A stretch of 62,952 nt of DNA from an uncultured Hyphomicrobiales bacterium (GTDB lineage Bacteria; Pseudomonadota; Alphaproteobacteria; Rhizobiales; OSC116), in the NCBI GenBank assembly GCA_964531635.1, contig CAZHCZ010000003.1, positions 1-62,952 on the forward strand. The letters are read 5' to 3'. Positions 28,901 to 37,937 of the stretch are shown one piece after another. The position numbers and the translations under genes are program-made. Under the pieces are notes generated by a model. It was given only the letters and a program-made list of their open reading frames with translations. It did no database searches and was not told the DNA's origin. Position 1 is the first letter of the stretch; each line of letters opens with the position of its first letter.

Positions 28901-29456
28901 GAGTAGATTTTATGGCGACAAAGCCAACAAAAAAAAGTAAAATAACAATGAGTAGTTTAGAGTTTTTTTGTGTCAACACTCCAAAATCATTCATTAAGCT
29001 CGTATTAAAATATGCAATGATAATGCCAGTGCTGTAATCTATATACCACAATTGCATACCCAAATATGGCAGGGCAAGAATAAGTATTAACAGTGTCGAA
29101 ATAATAGAAACCGTAGTTTTTTTACCATATCTAGCACTTAATAAATCAGGCAGTGATTTTATATTTTGAATGTGAACTATTTTGGCTATACGTTTTAAAA
29201 AGCCAAACCCAAAAGCAAAAACAAGCAATGGTCCTAAACCAACGGCTGCCAAAATCCAACCATCGCTAAACGCCATATTATAAAGTGCATAAATGTAAGA
29301 AACAATTAAAAACAGAGCCAATGTTAGCCCATAAACAAACGGCTTTAATGTTACAAAAAACCACGAATTTTTTTTGACATCGGCAAAGCCAATCAAAGCA
29401 GCCAATGAAAAAAATAACAACACTGCTATAATTATAACAATGAATTGAGCAATCAT
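25977..29456 (-). CDS. Hybrid sensor histidine kinase with N-terminal Na+/solute-symporter (SLC5/SSF)-like membrane domain, PAS, HisKA, HATPase and C-terminal receiver (CrbS/CbrA-like architecture)
   Basis: 1159 aa. About 500 aa of ~13 TM helices, a PAS-like segment (ICVLDENLKLLCWNHAF), H-box FLAAASHDISQPMNAARLY, HATPase (DTGHGV, GVGLGLSIV) and REC (VICIDNEPEIL...IIADYHL). Confidence 0.75.
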   Translation of the reverse strand: MIAQFIVIIIAVLLFFSLAALIGFADVKKNSWFFVTLKPFVYGLTLALFLIVSYIYALYNMAFSDGWILAAVGLGPLLVFAFGFGFLKRIAKIVHIQNIKSLPDLLSARYGKKTTVSIISTLLILILALPYLGMQLWYIDYSTGIIIAYFNTSLMNDFGVLTQKNSKLLIVILLFFVGFVAIKSTQPSKGTHGVLFVIALCSIASIILVAVIFTYIVYFRFDGLADLLTQFSSVRSQEMIFKGEFSLSNFIVMIFLSGFAFIAMPWQFMIIFGDNIDEKKLTVGRKLLLPYLLGFFALIVPVGIAIIVIIKNNNMINFDLALLTTMLGDNVIWIGLLFYFVSLISSVLLMVIGTLAISTMISNDIVLPLLLKTLGGEGFIKSQAKKSILLLKRCLIVFTLVLGYFIYLELAISGQYEKLLYNFYMILFQLAPAMIGGIYWHRATAKGVIAGLIAGLVMWAITSGQPIAISLGIMNNSILNPMMFFKTNLDSYTLATFWITGVNILFFIIFSYMSKPDEDEVMQKNLFANINAPNRYAGQKSILLSDLQTLVGRYVGQNISKRRFETFANNQNISLMPNDFASMQFINFAENQLAGTIGSSSARFVMAIIMERKKIGAKSAIKLLDEASDIIQHNRQFLQSAVDNIKQGICVLDENLKLLCWNHAFQKLLNIPDGILENNLYFKFILEYCANKGVFGEGKVKDIVANRMLNYIALKKTMREAIHSTKQILEVTSSVMPEGGYVITFDNITAQVNTAKTLESVNINLEQRVDERTGELTLLNEQLSSAKANAEEANIDKTRFLAAASHDISQPMNAARLYSTALLEKPLDGEVKQIAQSLDLSLTSVEEILVALLDISRLDSGVFETKMADFSLNRLFEQLYVEFKPLADKKGLKLKYVKTKAYIKSDRRHLRRILQNYISNAIKYTEQGEVLFGCRHKGKRLRLDVYDTGHGVAPFQIKTIFKEFKRLESGMRVAEGVGLGLSIVDRISKMIGSELDITSKVDRGSKFSCYVDLGSQKNSNEIVESKVFIARKKLNDLNVICIDNEPEILNALKVLLGNWGVNGIYSETSKDALQQMQDKDITPHAIIADYHLNFENGVFAIEKIRWQVDKPIVAILATADRSEQVAKICRKKDIILMSKPIKPAVLRAVLTRAGSDKPA

Positions 29457-29524
29457 ATAAAATTTCTATTCAATTTATGGGTTGTAAATTGAACTTATAC
29501 TGAAACTTATTTATGACGCAAGTT

Positions 29525-30148
29525 CTAAAATTCTATACATTTTTGCGCCTTTATGCCCGCTCTGAACGGGTGCTTTATTTGAGTCATTTCTGTAACCAAA
29601 TCCGCCATTTCTATAAGCTCTGGCTTGGCGTTGCGCCCTGTTATTATCACATGAACATCTGCAGGTTTTGTGCGCAAAACGCCCAGCACATCATCTATAT
29701 CAATATAGTCATAACGCAAGGCGATATTAAGTTCGTCAAGTAAAACCATTTTATAATCGCCACTTAAAATGCAATCCTTAGCCCTCTGCCAACCTTTTTG
29801 TGCCGCGGCAATATCACGCGCTCTGTCTTGTGTTTCCCACGTAAAGCCTTCACCCTCGACAAAAACATCCACATAGTCGCTAAATTTTTCTAAAATATCG
29901 CGTTCACCTGTTTGCCAAGCGCCTTTAATAAATTGAATAACCGATACTTTTTGCTTGTGGGCAATGGCACGAAACACCATACCAAATGCGGCGGTAGATT
30001 TGCCTTTGCCTTTGCCAGTATGGACAATAATCAAACCTTTTTCGACTGTTTTTGTAGCAATCATTTTATCTCTAACCGCTTTTTTCTTAGCCATCTTCAT
30101 GTTGTGTCTTGCTGTTTTTTCAGGCTCAGTCAATATTTTTTTAGTCAT
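29525..30148 (-). CDS. cobO: Cob(I)yrinic acid a,c-diamide adenosyltransferase CobO/BtuR
   Basis: 207 aa. GLIIVHTGKGKGKSTAAFGM P-loop and LDELNIAL, TGRNA motifs. Confidence 0.85.
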   Translation of the reverse strand: MTKKILTEPEKTARHNMKMAKKKAVRDKMIATKTVEKGLIIVHTGKGKGKSTAAFGMVFRAIAHKQKVSVIQFIKGAWQTGERDILEKFSDYVDVFVEGEGFTWETQDRARDIAAAQKGWQRAKDCILSGDYKMVLLDELNIALRYDYIDIDDVLGVLRTKPADVHVIITGRNAKPELIEMADLVTEMTQIKHPFRAGIKAQKCIEF

Positions 30149-33100
30149 AATTTTAATTGCTCAAGTTCATAATATGTGGCATTGCGCCGTGGCTTCCATA
30201 ATTGCTTGTTTTGCGCGTCAAGTAAACGGTTAATAATATCATTCAACGCATCGGGGTTATTTTCGGTTAAAAATTCAAGTATTTTTTCATCTTCTATATA
30301 AGCTTCAAATATAGCTTCGAAATGATGGTCTTTTACCGCATTGGTCGTCGCCGCGAAGGCGTATAAATAATCCACAGTTGCTGCCATTTCAAACGCGCCT
30401 TTATAGCCATGGCGCATAACGCCTTCAAGCCATTTTGGGTTGACCGCTCGACCACGCACCACCCGAGCAACTTCTTGTTCTAAACTTCTAATAACAGGCT
30501 TTTCAGGGCGAGAATGGTCATTATGATAAATTTTTGGCATTGTGCCCGAAACATATTCGATTGCCGATGCCATGCCGCCTTCAAATTGGTAATAATCATC
30601 ACTGTCTAAAATATCATGCTCGCGATTGTCTTGGTTCTGCACGACAATCTCAGTTTTTTCTAAACGAGTTTTGAATGTCTGTTCATCCCGCAAACCGCTT
30701 ACTTTTTCACCATAAGCATAGCTACCCCAAGCAAGATAAGCCTTGGCAAAATCTGCCCGAGTTTGCCATAAATTTTCATCAATTAAAGTTTGCAACCCTG
30801 CACCATATGCCCCAGGTTTTGATCCAAAAATTCTAAACCCTGCTTTAAGGTTTGCTTGTTCCTCGTCCATACCATTATCAAGCAATTGCTGTTTTTCAGT
30901 TTGGTAGTTGTTAGCAATAGGGTTGTAAGCTAAGTCCTCATCAAGCAGCGCAACCGCACGAATGGCTTTATCGAAAAGTGCTATTTGCTGCGGGAAAGCA
31001 TCTCTAAAAAACCCAGAAATGCGCATAGTAACATCGACCCTAGAACGGTTTAACTTCGCCAACGGAATAATTTCAAACCCCGTAACCCGCCACGATATTT
31101 TATCCCATACAGGCTTAACCCCAATAAGCGCCATGGCTTGGGCAATATCATCGCCGCCCGTGCGCATATTGGCAGTACCCCACAAAGAAATACCAATACT
31201 TTTTAAATATGATCCATGCGTTTGAGCATGTATTGTAACTAAATTTTCGGCCGATTTTTTGCCTAAATTCCACGCGCTTGGTGTTGGTAAAGAACGGCTA
31301 TCAATCGAATAAAAATTCTTGCCCGTTGGCAAAACGTCCAACCGCCCACGAGTTGGCGCACCCGATGAACCGGGGGTAACAAACTCACCATTTAATGCGG
31401 TTAATAAACCTGCCATTTCATGCCTCCCGCAAGAGGCAAGTTTAGGGCGGACATCCGTTTCGATATAGTTCAATATTTGCAGCGTATTTTGCCATTGTTT
31501 CGGAGCCGAAATTAACCCCTTAACCAGGCTTTGTGCAAGCAATTCAATGCGTTCAACCGCATCGCCATTTGTACGCCAAATATCGGAAGTTATGCCTTGC
31601 AAAATCTTAGGCTTGTCATCATTCCAAACTGTTGCCATATCGCAATCTAGTGGGTCGAATTTAAAATCTAAGTCACTAGATATTGCTCTAATTAGACTTT
31701 TGTCATCACCCTGCCCTACCCCCCTAGGAACACGGGTTAGTGCCACTAAAAGGTTGGTTTCTAGCCAATGTTTTTCATCTTTTAAGTCGGTTGGGCTTGT
31801 GCCAAAAATATGCAACCCATCTCGAATTTGCAACTCTTTCAAATCACATAAATGATTGTCTAATTTTGCAAAATTATCCTGCTCGTCATCATCATCAACC
31901 ATGCCGCAATCTTCGGCTAAACCAGTATTTTGAGTCAGATCAAAAATTTGCTGTTTTATATATTTTAAGCGTCTTGAATCCATACCCGATGCAGTAAAAT
32001 ATTCATCAACCAACGCTTCTAAATCTTTAAGCGGTCCATAGCTTTCAGCACGGGTTAAAGGCGGTGTTAAATGGTCGATAATTACTGCACTCGTGCGCCT
32101 TTTTGCCTGCGTTCCTTCACCGGGGTCATTGACAATAAATGGGTAGATATTAGGCACTGCTCCCTGTGCAATTTCGGGGTAACAATGCTCAGATAATGCC
32201 AACGCTTTACCAGGCAACCACTCCAAATTCCCATGTTTTCCATTATGGATATAGGCGTGGGTAGAAAATTTTTCGCGTAAATATAAATAAAACGCCAAAT
32301 ACCCGTGTGGCGGAACGAGGTCGGGGTCGTGATAACTGGTTTTCGGGTCGATATTATAACCACGCGCAGGCTGAATAGAAACACTTATATTGCCATATAT
32401 TTTTATGGGCAGATGAAAAGTATCAGTGTGACAAAATGGGTCATTTTCGGGCAACCCCCAACGGTCGGATATTTGTTTTTGCACCTTTTTTGGCAGAGTT
32501 TTAAAATAGGTTTGGTAATATTTTAACGAAAGTTTTTCACCATTTTTTTTTGCTTTTTTATTGATTAATTTATTGGTTGTGCCTTGCTTTAATTGTTCAA
32601 TAAGTGCTGTGCCATTTTTGGGTATATTTTTAACATTATAATCACTTTTTACCATAATTTTAAGCATATTTATGGTCGATTGTGGGGCATCAAGCCCCAC
32701 TCCATTGCCAATTCGGGCGTTTTTATTGGGGTAATTGGCTAAAATAATGGATATTTTGCGGGTGTTTGCTGGTTTTTGTTTCAATTTTACCCAATTTTTT
32801 GCTAAATCTGCAACATAATTTACACGGTTTTGTAGCGGTTTATGCTGCACAATATAAGATTGCGTTCCAGAATTAAAATTCTGTGATGATTTAAACGAAA
32901 TCGCTCGGGTTAAAATGCGACCATCAACTTCGGTTAAAGCAACATTCATTGCCAAATCTCTGGGTTGTAAACCTTGCATATTATCCTGCCAAGCCGTATG
33001 GCTTTGCCCCGATAAAACCACCTGCAATATTGGGCAATTTGGTTGTTCCAATATAGTTTTCTTGCGCACATCTTGTTCAAACCCACCAATGCTAAATGAC

Positions 33101-33894
33101 GTAGCATTTAAAATAATTTGCGGGGTATGTTGGTTAAAAATTTGACTGCAAATATCAACCGAAATTGGGTCTTTTAATGAAGATACGAAAATTGGCAATG
33201 GGTTTAAGCCACGCTGTTTTAATGACATAATTAATGCATTTATTGGCGCTATATTGGCAGCTTCGAGCAATGCGCGGTAAAATATTATTGCGGCAATTGG
33301 ACGTTGTTTATTTTGCCAAATTTGCGGCATATCGGTTGAAGAAATTAGAGAATTATCAGGATAATATAAACCCGTATTTAATAGTATTTTCGCAGCGACT
33401 GGAGCAGGGTTTTGGTTAAGCAAAAACCCGCAATATTTTAATAAACTTACCGCATTTTCGGTGCCACCATGAGTAAAATATTGCCAAATATCGGTCATAT
33501 TTTGCGTAGGAATATTGGTGCTGCTTATGAGCTGCTCGTCAGGTTTAGCATCGCCTGGCAAAACGCAAAGTTTTATGTTGTTTTCTTGGCAAATGGCAGT
33601 AATTTGCTCTAGTCCATATGACCAATAAGATTTGCCACCAAGCAACCTTAAAATTATTAATTTTGCATGTTTTAAGGTGTTTTCGATATAAGTATCGACC
33701 GACATTGGGTGTTTGAGTTGAAGAAAATTTGCTAACCTTAGGCTTGGGTGAGCTTTGTTATTATGGGCGTTGGCAATGTTGGCGAGCTCGGTATCGGCAG
33801 CGGATATAATAATGACATCGGCGGGGGATTGATCTAAGTCGACCGCCTCGCCTTCGTCATCTAATGTGCCAGATTGTATATTGAGCAGGTGCAT
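30145..33894 (-). CDS. cobN: Cobaltochelatase large subunit CobN
   Basis: 1249 aa, CobN/Mg-chelatase H family size and motifs (GKHGNLEWLPGK, GAPTRGRLDVLPTGKNFYS). 4-nt overlap with cobO. Confidence 0.85.
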   Translation of the reverse strand: MHLLNIQSGTLDDEGEAVDLDQSPADVIIISAADTELANIANAHNNKAHPSLRLANFLQLKHPMSVDTYIENTLKHAKLIILRLLGGKSYWSYGLEQITAICQENNIKLCVLPGDAKPDEQLISSTNIPTQNMTDIWQYFTHGGTENAVSLLKYCGFLLNQNPAPVAAKILLNTGLYYPDNSLISSTDMPQIWQNKQRPIAAIIFYRALLEAANIAPINALIMSLKQRGLNPLPIFVSSLKDPISVDICSQIFNQHTPQIILNATSFSIGGFEQDVRKKTILEQPNCPILQVVLSGQSHTAWQDNMQGLQPRDLAMNVALTEVDGRILTRAISFKSSQNFNSGTQSYIVQHKPLQNRVNYVADLAKNWVKLKQKPANTRKISIILANYPNKNARIGNGVGLDAPQSTINMLKIMVKSDYNVKNIPKNGTALIEQLKQGTTNKLINKKAKKNGEKLSLKYYQTYFKTLPKKVQKQISDRWGLPENDPFCHTDTFHLPIKIYGNISVSIQPARGYNIDPKTSYHDPDLVPPHGYLAFYLYLREKFSTHAYIHNGKHGNLEWLPGKALALSEHCYPEIAQGAVPNIYPFIVNDPGEGTQAKRRTSAVIIDHLTPPLTRAESYGPLKDLEALVDEYFTASGMDSRRLKYIKQQIFDLTQNTGLAEDCGMVDDDDEQDNFAKLDNHLCDLKELQIRDGLHIFGTSPTDLKDEKHWLETNLLVALTRVPRGVGQGDDKSLIRAISSDLDFKFDPLDCDMATVWNDDKPKILQGITSDIWRTNGDAVERIELLAQSLVKGLISAPKQWQNTLQILNYIETDVRPKLASCGRHEMAGLLTALNGEFVTPGSSGAPTRGRLDVLPTGKNFYSIDSRSLPTPSAWNLGKKSAENLVTIHAQTHGSYLKSIGISLWGTANMRTGGDDIAQAMALIGVKPVWDKISWRVTGFEIIPLAKLNRSRVDVTMRISGFFRDAFPQQIALFDKAIRAVALLDEDLAYNPIANNYQTEKQQLLDNGMDEEQANLKAGFRIFGSKPGAYGAGLQTLIDENLWQTRADFAKAYLAWGSYAYGEKVSGLRDEQTFKTRLEKTEIVVQNQDNREHDILDSDDYYQFEGGMASAIEYVSGTMPKIYHNDHSRPEKPVIRSLEQEVARVVRGRAVNPKWLEGVMRHGYKGAFEMAATVDYLYAFAATTNAVKDHHFEAIFEAYIEDEKILEFLTENNPDALNDIINRLLDAQNKQLWKPRRNATYYELEQLKL

Positions 33895-33897
33895 CGC

Positions 33898-34956
33898 CTA
33901 GCTTTCAACCGCTAATTTTTGCAATTCGGCGGTAACTTTTTTTTCATTAAACTTAGCACTCGAAATAATAACTAAACGACTTTGTTTGGTTTCCGACATT
34001 GCCCACATGCGGTCAAAATAGCCCTCGACCCTAGAACCAACGGCTTGCACAATATAGCGCATATCTTTGCCTTCAATAACAAGAAAGCCTTTTAAGCGCA
34101 ATATGTTATGGCGTGCAAGTATTTCTATTAAACCTTGTTCAAATTGCTTAATAGAGTTAATATTAGGCAGGTCAATTGATATGGATTTAAAATCGTCATG
34201 GTCATGGTCATGCTCTGTGTCATCGGCATGATGTTGCTCGTGATGGCTCTTGCGATTTTCAATATCATCTTGTGCATTCATGTCTAAACCTAAGATAATA
34301 TTGGGGTCGATAATGCCGCGCGAAATGGCAATAATTGGCACACCTTTACGAGCATCATGCATTATAGTTTTGGTTAAATCTTCCAAACTTTCGGCAGTGA
34401 CCAACTCAGATTTATTAAGTAAAATCATATCGGCGCTAATAATTTGGTCTTCGAATAATTCATGCAAAGATGAAATATGGTCAAGGTTATCATCGGCAAG
34501 TCTTTGGTTTTCTACTGTTTTTTCATTATGAGCAAAACGTCCATTGGCTAAGGCTTCTGCATCGGCTACACAAATCACCCCACTTACCGATACTTGAGAT
34601 TTAATTTCTGTCCAGTTAAAAGCTTGTACCAAGGGCTGCGGCAAAGCCAAACCCGATGTTTCGATAATAATATGGTCGACACGGGGTTTACGGGCTAAAA
34701 TTTTCTCGATTGCTGGAATAAAGTCATCGGCAACTGTGCAACAAATACAGCCATTGGTAAGCTCTATAATATCATCTTCACTACAATTTGGGTTGTCACA
34801 AGATGCCAGCAAATTGCCATCTATGCCTAAATCGCCAAATTCATTAATAATAAACGCTATTTTTTTATCGCCTATATTGGCAATTAAATGTTGAATTAAT
34901 GTCGTTTTGCCAGAACCTAAAAAGCCTGTAATAATCGTTGCGGGTATTTTTTGCAT
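33898..34956 (-). CDS. cobW: CobW (COG0523 G3E GTPase, cobalt metallochaperone)
   Basis: 352 aa. GFLGSGKTTL P-loop, CICCT metal motif, His/Asp-rich stretch HHEQHHADDTEHDHDHDD. Immediately upstream of cobN. Confidence 0.85.
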   Translation of the reverse strand: MQKIPATIITGFLGSGKTTLIQHLIANIGDKKIAFIINEFGDLGIDGNLLASCDNPNCSEDDIIELTNGCICCTVADDFIPAIEKILARKPRVDHIIIETSGLALPQPLVQAFNWTEIKSQVSVSGVICVADAEALANGRFAHNEKTVENQRLADDNLDHISSLHELFEDQIISADMILLNKSELVTAESLEDLTKTIMHDARKGVPIIAISRGIIDPNIILGLDMNAQDDIENRKSHHEQHHADDTEHDHDHDDFKSISIDLPNINSIKQFEQGLIEILARHNILRLKGFLVIEGKDMRYIVQAVGSRVEGYFDRMWAMSETKQSRLVIISSAKFNEKKVTAELQKLAVES

Positions 34957-34963
34957 ATTTGTC

Positions 34964-35500
34964 CTAATTTTTTATGTGGAGTGGGCAGCCTGCTACAACT
35001 AACGTCACTTTATCGGTTTTTTGCGCTATTATTTGATTTAATTTGCCTTGTAAATTTCGGAAATCTCGCCCTAGTTTAGTTTCAGGGACTAACCCCATAC
35101 CGACTTCGTTTGAGACTAAAATAACATTGGCCTGAATGTTTGATAAAACACCGCATAAATTTTCAAATTCTTGATGTATATTGGTATTTTTATACATTAA
35201 ATTGCTAAGCCATAAGGTTAAGCAATCTATTAAAACAGTAGAGCTATCGTCTAATTTTGTTAAAAACTGGGCAATATTTATTGATTCTTCGATATTTTTC
35301 CAAATATTATTACGACGGGCTTTATGCGCTAAAATGCGTGCGCTCATTTCGGCATCGCTTGGCGAGTTTGGACAAGTCGCTAAATAAAATAACTGTGCAT
35401 CACTAAAGCTTTTAAGTTTTTGGCTATGTAAATCGAGTGCAAGCTTTTCGGCAAAAATGCTTTTCCCTGAATTTGCACCCCCTAAAACTAGATATTTCAT
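34964..35500 (-). CDS. cobU: Bifunctional adenosylcobinamide kinase / adenosylcobinamide-phosphate guanylyltransferase (CobU Salmonella / CobP)
   Basis: 178 aa. LVLGGANSGKSIFAE P-loop, LIDCLTLWLSN and SNEVGMGLVP motifs. Confidence 0.85.
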   Translation of the reverse strand: MKYLVLGGANSGKSIFAEKLALDLHSQKLKSFSDAQLFYLATCPNSPSDAEMSARILAHKARRNNIWKNIEESINIAQFLTKLDDSSTVLIDCLTLWLSNLMYKNTNIHQEFENLCGVLSNIQANVILVSNEVGMGLVPETKLGRDFRNLQGKLNQIIAQKTDKVTLVVAGCPLHIKN

Positions 35501-35625
35501 TATACACCACCTATTTATATTGGCTCTTTTATATGCCCAATATTGGTTACTTACAAGAGCTTACTTGATGTTTGCATTTGAATATGATAAATTGTATTAC
35601 GAATAGTATTATTATAGGCATTACA

Positions 35626-35853
35626 ATGATTGAGCGCGCGACATTTTCACTAGAAATAGAAAATTTAACCTTCCTTAATGAGGTAGGCGGGGGGAATAAG
35701 AGCGCGTATATTAATGAATTGCTTAAACAAGAAAAACAAAAGATTTTAGAGAAAGCACTATTAATAGCCAACCAAGAAGAAGCCAATGACAGCGATTACC
35801 AAGATGAATTGTTGGCATGGGATACAACTTTATCTGATGGAATAAACCCTTAA
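35626..35853 (+). CDS. Type II antitoxin, putative ribbon-helix-helix (CopG-like), partner of the downstream MazF/PemK toxin
   Basis: 75 aa from ATG 35626 (the ORF opens at 35572). MIERATFSLEIENLTFLNEV...KSAYINELLKQE fits a beta-strand plus helix RHH pattern, with an acidic C-terminus. Its stop lies 1 nt before the toxin start. Confidence 0.6.
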   Translation: MIERATFSLEIENLTFLNEVGGGNKSAYINELLKQEKQKILEKALLIANQEEANDSDYQDELLAWDTTLSDGINP

Positions 35854-35854
35854 A

Positions 35855-36190
35855 ATGTATAAGCAATTGTCTATATATTGGGTTGACCTTGAGCCAACAA
35901 AGGGCGCAGAAACTCGAAAAAAATGCCCCTGTGTGATTATACAATCGGACATTGTTAATAAGAACACTCGCACTGTTATTGTTGCGCCAATTTTACCCAA
36001 CCATAAAAATTGGCCATTTGTAGTGAATATCAAGCCGAGCACACAAAATAAACTTGATAAAGACCGTCATATAAATTTAAAACAAATACGGGCGGTTGAT
36101 ATATCACGTATTGACAATCAACATGGAGTGTTAGAAAAGCAATATCTTAAAAAAATACACAGTGTTTTAAAAATAATTTTTGGAATTTAA
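35855..36190 (+). CDS. mazF: MazF/PemK-family type II toxin (mRNA interferase)
   Basis: 111 aa. IYWVDLEPTKGAETRKKCPCVIIQSD...RTVIVAPIL...INLKQIRAVDISRI matches the PemK/MazF consensus (..v.f.p..G.E..k.RP.vvvs......viv.P.t). Confidence 0.8.
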   Translation: MYKQLSIYWVDLEPTKGAETRKKCPCVIIQSDIVNKNTRTVIVAPILPNHKNWPFVVNIKPSTQNKLDKDRHINLKQIRAVDISRIDNQHGVLEKQYLKKIHSVLKIIFGI

Positions 36191-36198
36191 AGGGTAAT

Positions 36199-37206
36199 AT
36201 GTTTGCAACTATAAATGAAATTAGGCAAGCGGCAGATGAAGAAATTTTGCCTTGTGAGGCAAGCTTTAATGCTGCAAAAAAGCGACAAGCCGAGCTTACT
36301 AAACCGCTTGGTAGCCTTGGCAAGCTAGAAGAAATTGCTCAATGGTTGGCGGGGTGGCAAAAAAATGAATGCCCTAAATTAGATGTTATTGATACTTTGA
36401 TTTTTGCTGGAAACCACGGGGTGACTAAACATGGAGTTTCGCTTTTTCCTGCCGAAGTTACTGTTCAGATGGTGGCAAATTTTAAAAATGGTGGTGCGGC
36501 TATTAACCAAATTTGTGCGGTAAATGGCGCAAATTTAAAGGTTATTGATATTGATTTAGACAAGCCAACAGCTGATTTTACGCAACAAGCGGCTATGAGT
36601 GAAAATGAGTTTTTGGCGGCTGTTAATATTGGAGCAAATGCTGTTTCAGACAGGGTCAACCTAATAACATTGGGTGAAATGGGAATTGGCAATACCAGCA
36701 GCGCATCGGCAATTGCATTGGCAACTTTTGGTGGTAAGGCGAGTGATTGGACGGGCAGTGGAACGGGGCTAGACGCGCAGGCTATAGCCAAAAAGGGTGA
36801 AATTATTGGTGAAGCGGTTGAGTTTCATCGCCAATATTGTAACGACCCGCTTGAAATATTACGGCGGTTAGGCGGGCGGGAGCTTGCTGCAATTTTTGGG
36901 GCAGTTTTAGCGGCGCGGAAGAAAAATATTCCTGTTTTACTTGATGGGTTTATTTGCTGTGCGGCAATTGCACCGCTTTATAAGTTAAATAAAAATGCGT
37001 TATCGATTGCTATGGCGGGGCATTTGTCTGCCGAAAAAGCCCATGCTAAATTATTACAACATATAGACAAACAAGCACTATTGCATATGGATATGCGGCT
37101 TGGCGAGGGTAGTGGTGCAGCGGTTGCCTTGGGCATTATACGCGTGGCAGTGGCTACGCATAATGGCATGGCTACGTTTGCTGAAGCGCAGGTTAGTAAC
37201 AAATGA
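36199..37206 (+). CDS. cobT: Nicotinate-nucleotide--dimethylbenzimidazole phosphoribosyltransferase (CobT Salmonella / CobU P. denitrificans)
   Basis: 335 aa. LTKPLGSLGKLEEIA, GEMGIGNTSSASAI and MRLGEGSGAA motifs. Confidence 0.85.
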   Translation: MFATINEIRQAADEEILPCEASFNAAKKRQAELTKPLGSLGKLEEIAQWLAGWQKNECPKLDVIDTLIFAGNHGVTKHGVSLFPAEVTVQMVANFKNGGAAINQICAVNGANLKVIDIDLDKPTADFTQQAAMSENEFLAAVNIGANAVSDRVNLITLGEMGIGNTSSASAIALATFGGKASDWTGSGTGLDAQAIAKKGEIIGEAVEFHRQYCNDPLEILRRLGGRELAAIFGAVLAARKKNIPVLLDGFICCAAIAPLYKLNKNALSIAMAGHLSAEKAHAKLLQHIDKQALLHMDMRLGEGSGAAVALGIIRVAVATHNGMATFAEAQVSNK

Positions 37207-37937
37207 TAAACTCGATAAAGTCGGCTTTTATGGTTTTAACCCGCTTGCCGATGGTTAAAATTTCTGATGGTGATTTCAATTTGAAAGACAGCCTATGGGC
37301 ATTCCCGTTAGTGGGGGCGGCATTGGCGTTGGTGCTTTATTTGGCTGCATATTTAATGATGAAGGCAGGGTTTGATGCATTTATCGGGGCAGTTATACTT
37401 GTTTTTTTATCGGTTATTTTAACGGGTGCATTGCATGAAGATGGTTTGGCAGATTGTGCCGATGCGCTTGGGGTGCAAAGCGTAGACCAGCGCTTAGTGG
37501 TAATGCGCGATAGTCAAATTGGCACTTATGGCACATTGGCGTTGTTATTTTCGGTTTTAATGCGTATTGGCGCAGTGTTTTTATTGTGGGATAGTGAGTT
37601 GCTATTCATTGCAATTTTACTGAGCTTTATGGCGAGCCGTGGGGCGATGGTTTTGCTGTTATATTTCAGTAAACCAGCGCGTGAAGATGGGTTATCGGCA
37701 GTTTTAAAAAATTTGGGTTTTAAATATTTAGCAATTGGGCAGAGTATTATCTTGGCGGTTGGGGTGATGTTTATTGGAGTAAATATTGTCGGGCTTATGC
37801 TTGTCGGTTTGGCAATAGTGTTTTTAATAGCGCGATACAGCAACACTAAATTTGGCGGTTTTACTGGTGATGTTTTGGGCGCTACTGAACAAATTGTGCA
37901 AATTATTTGCTTGTTGCTATTTGCATTATTTGTTTGA
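37203..37937 (+). CDS. cobS: Adenosylcobinamide-GDP ribazoletransferase (cobalamin synthase, CobS Salmonella / CobV)
   Basis: 244-aa polytopic membrane protein. LTRLP..., HEDGLADCADA and GGFTGDVLGA motifs. 4-nt overlap with cobT. Confidence 0.8.
   Translation: MINSIKSAFMVLTRLPMVKISDGDFNLKDSLWAFPLVGAALALVLYLAAYLMMKAGFDAFIGAVILVFLSVILTGALHEDGLADCADALGVQSVDQRLVVMRDSQIGTYGTLALLFSVLMRIGAVFLLWDSELLFIAILLSFMASRGAMVLLLYFSKPAREDGLSAVLKNLGFKYLAIGQSIILAVGVMFIGVNIVGLMLVGLAIVFLIARYSNTKFGGFTGDVLGATEQIVQIICLLLFALFV

Noticed and set aside
35547-36042. Minus-strand ORFs 35547..35786, 35723..35944 and 35830..36042
   Set aside because: They overlap the antitoxin and MazF toxin genes, which have clear family signatures and tight coupling. 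There is no SD or homology support.
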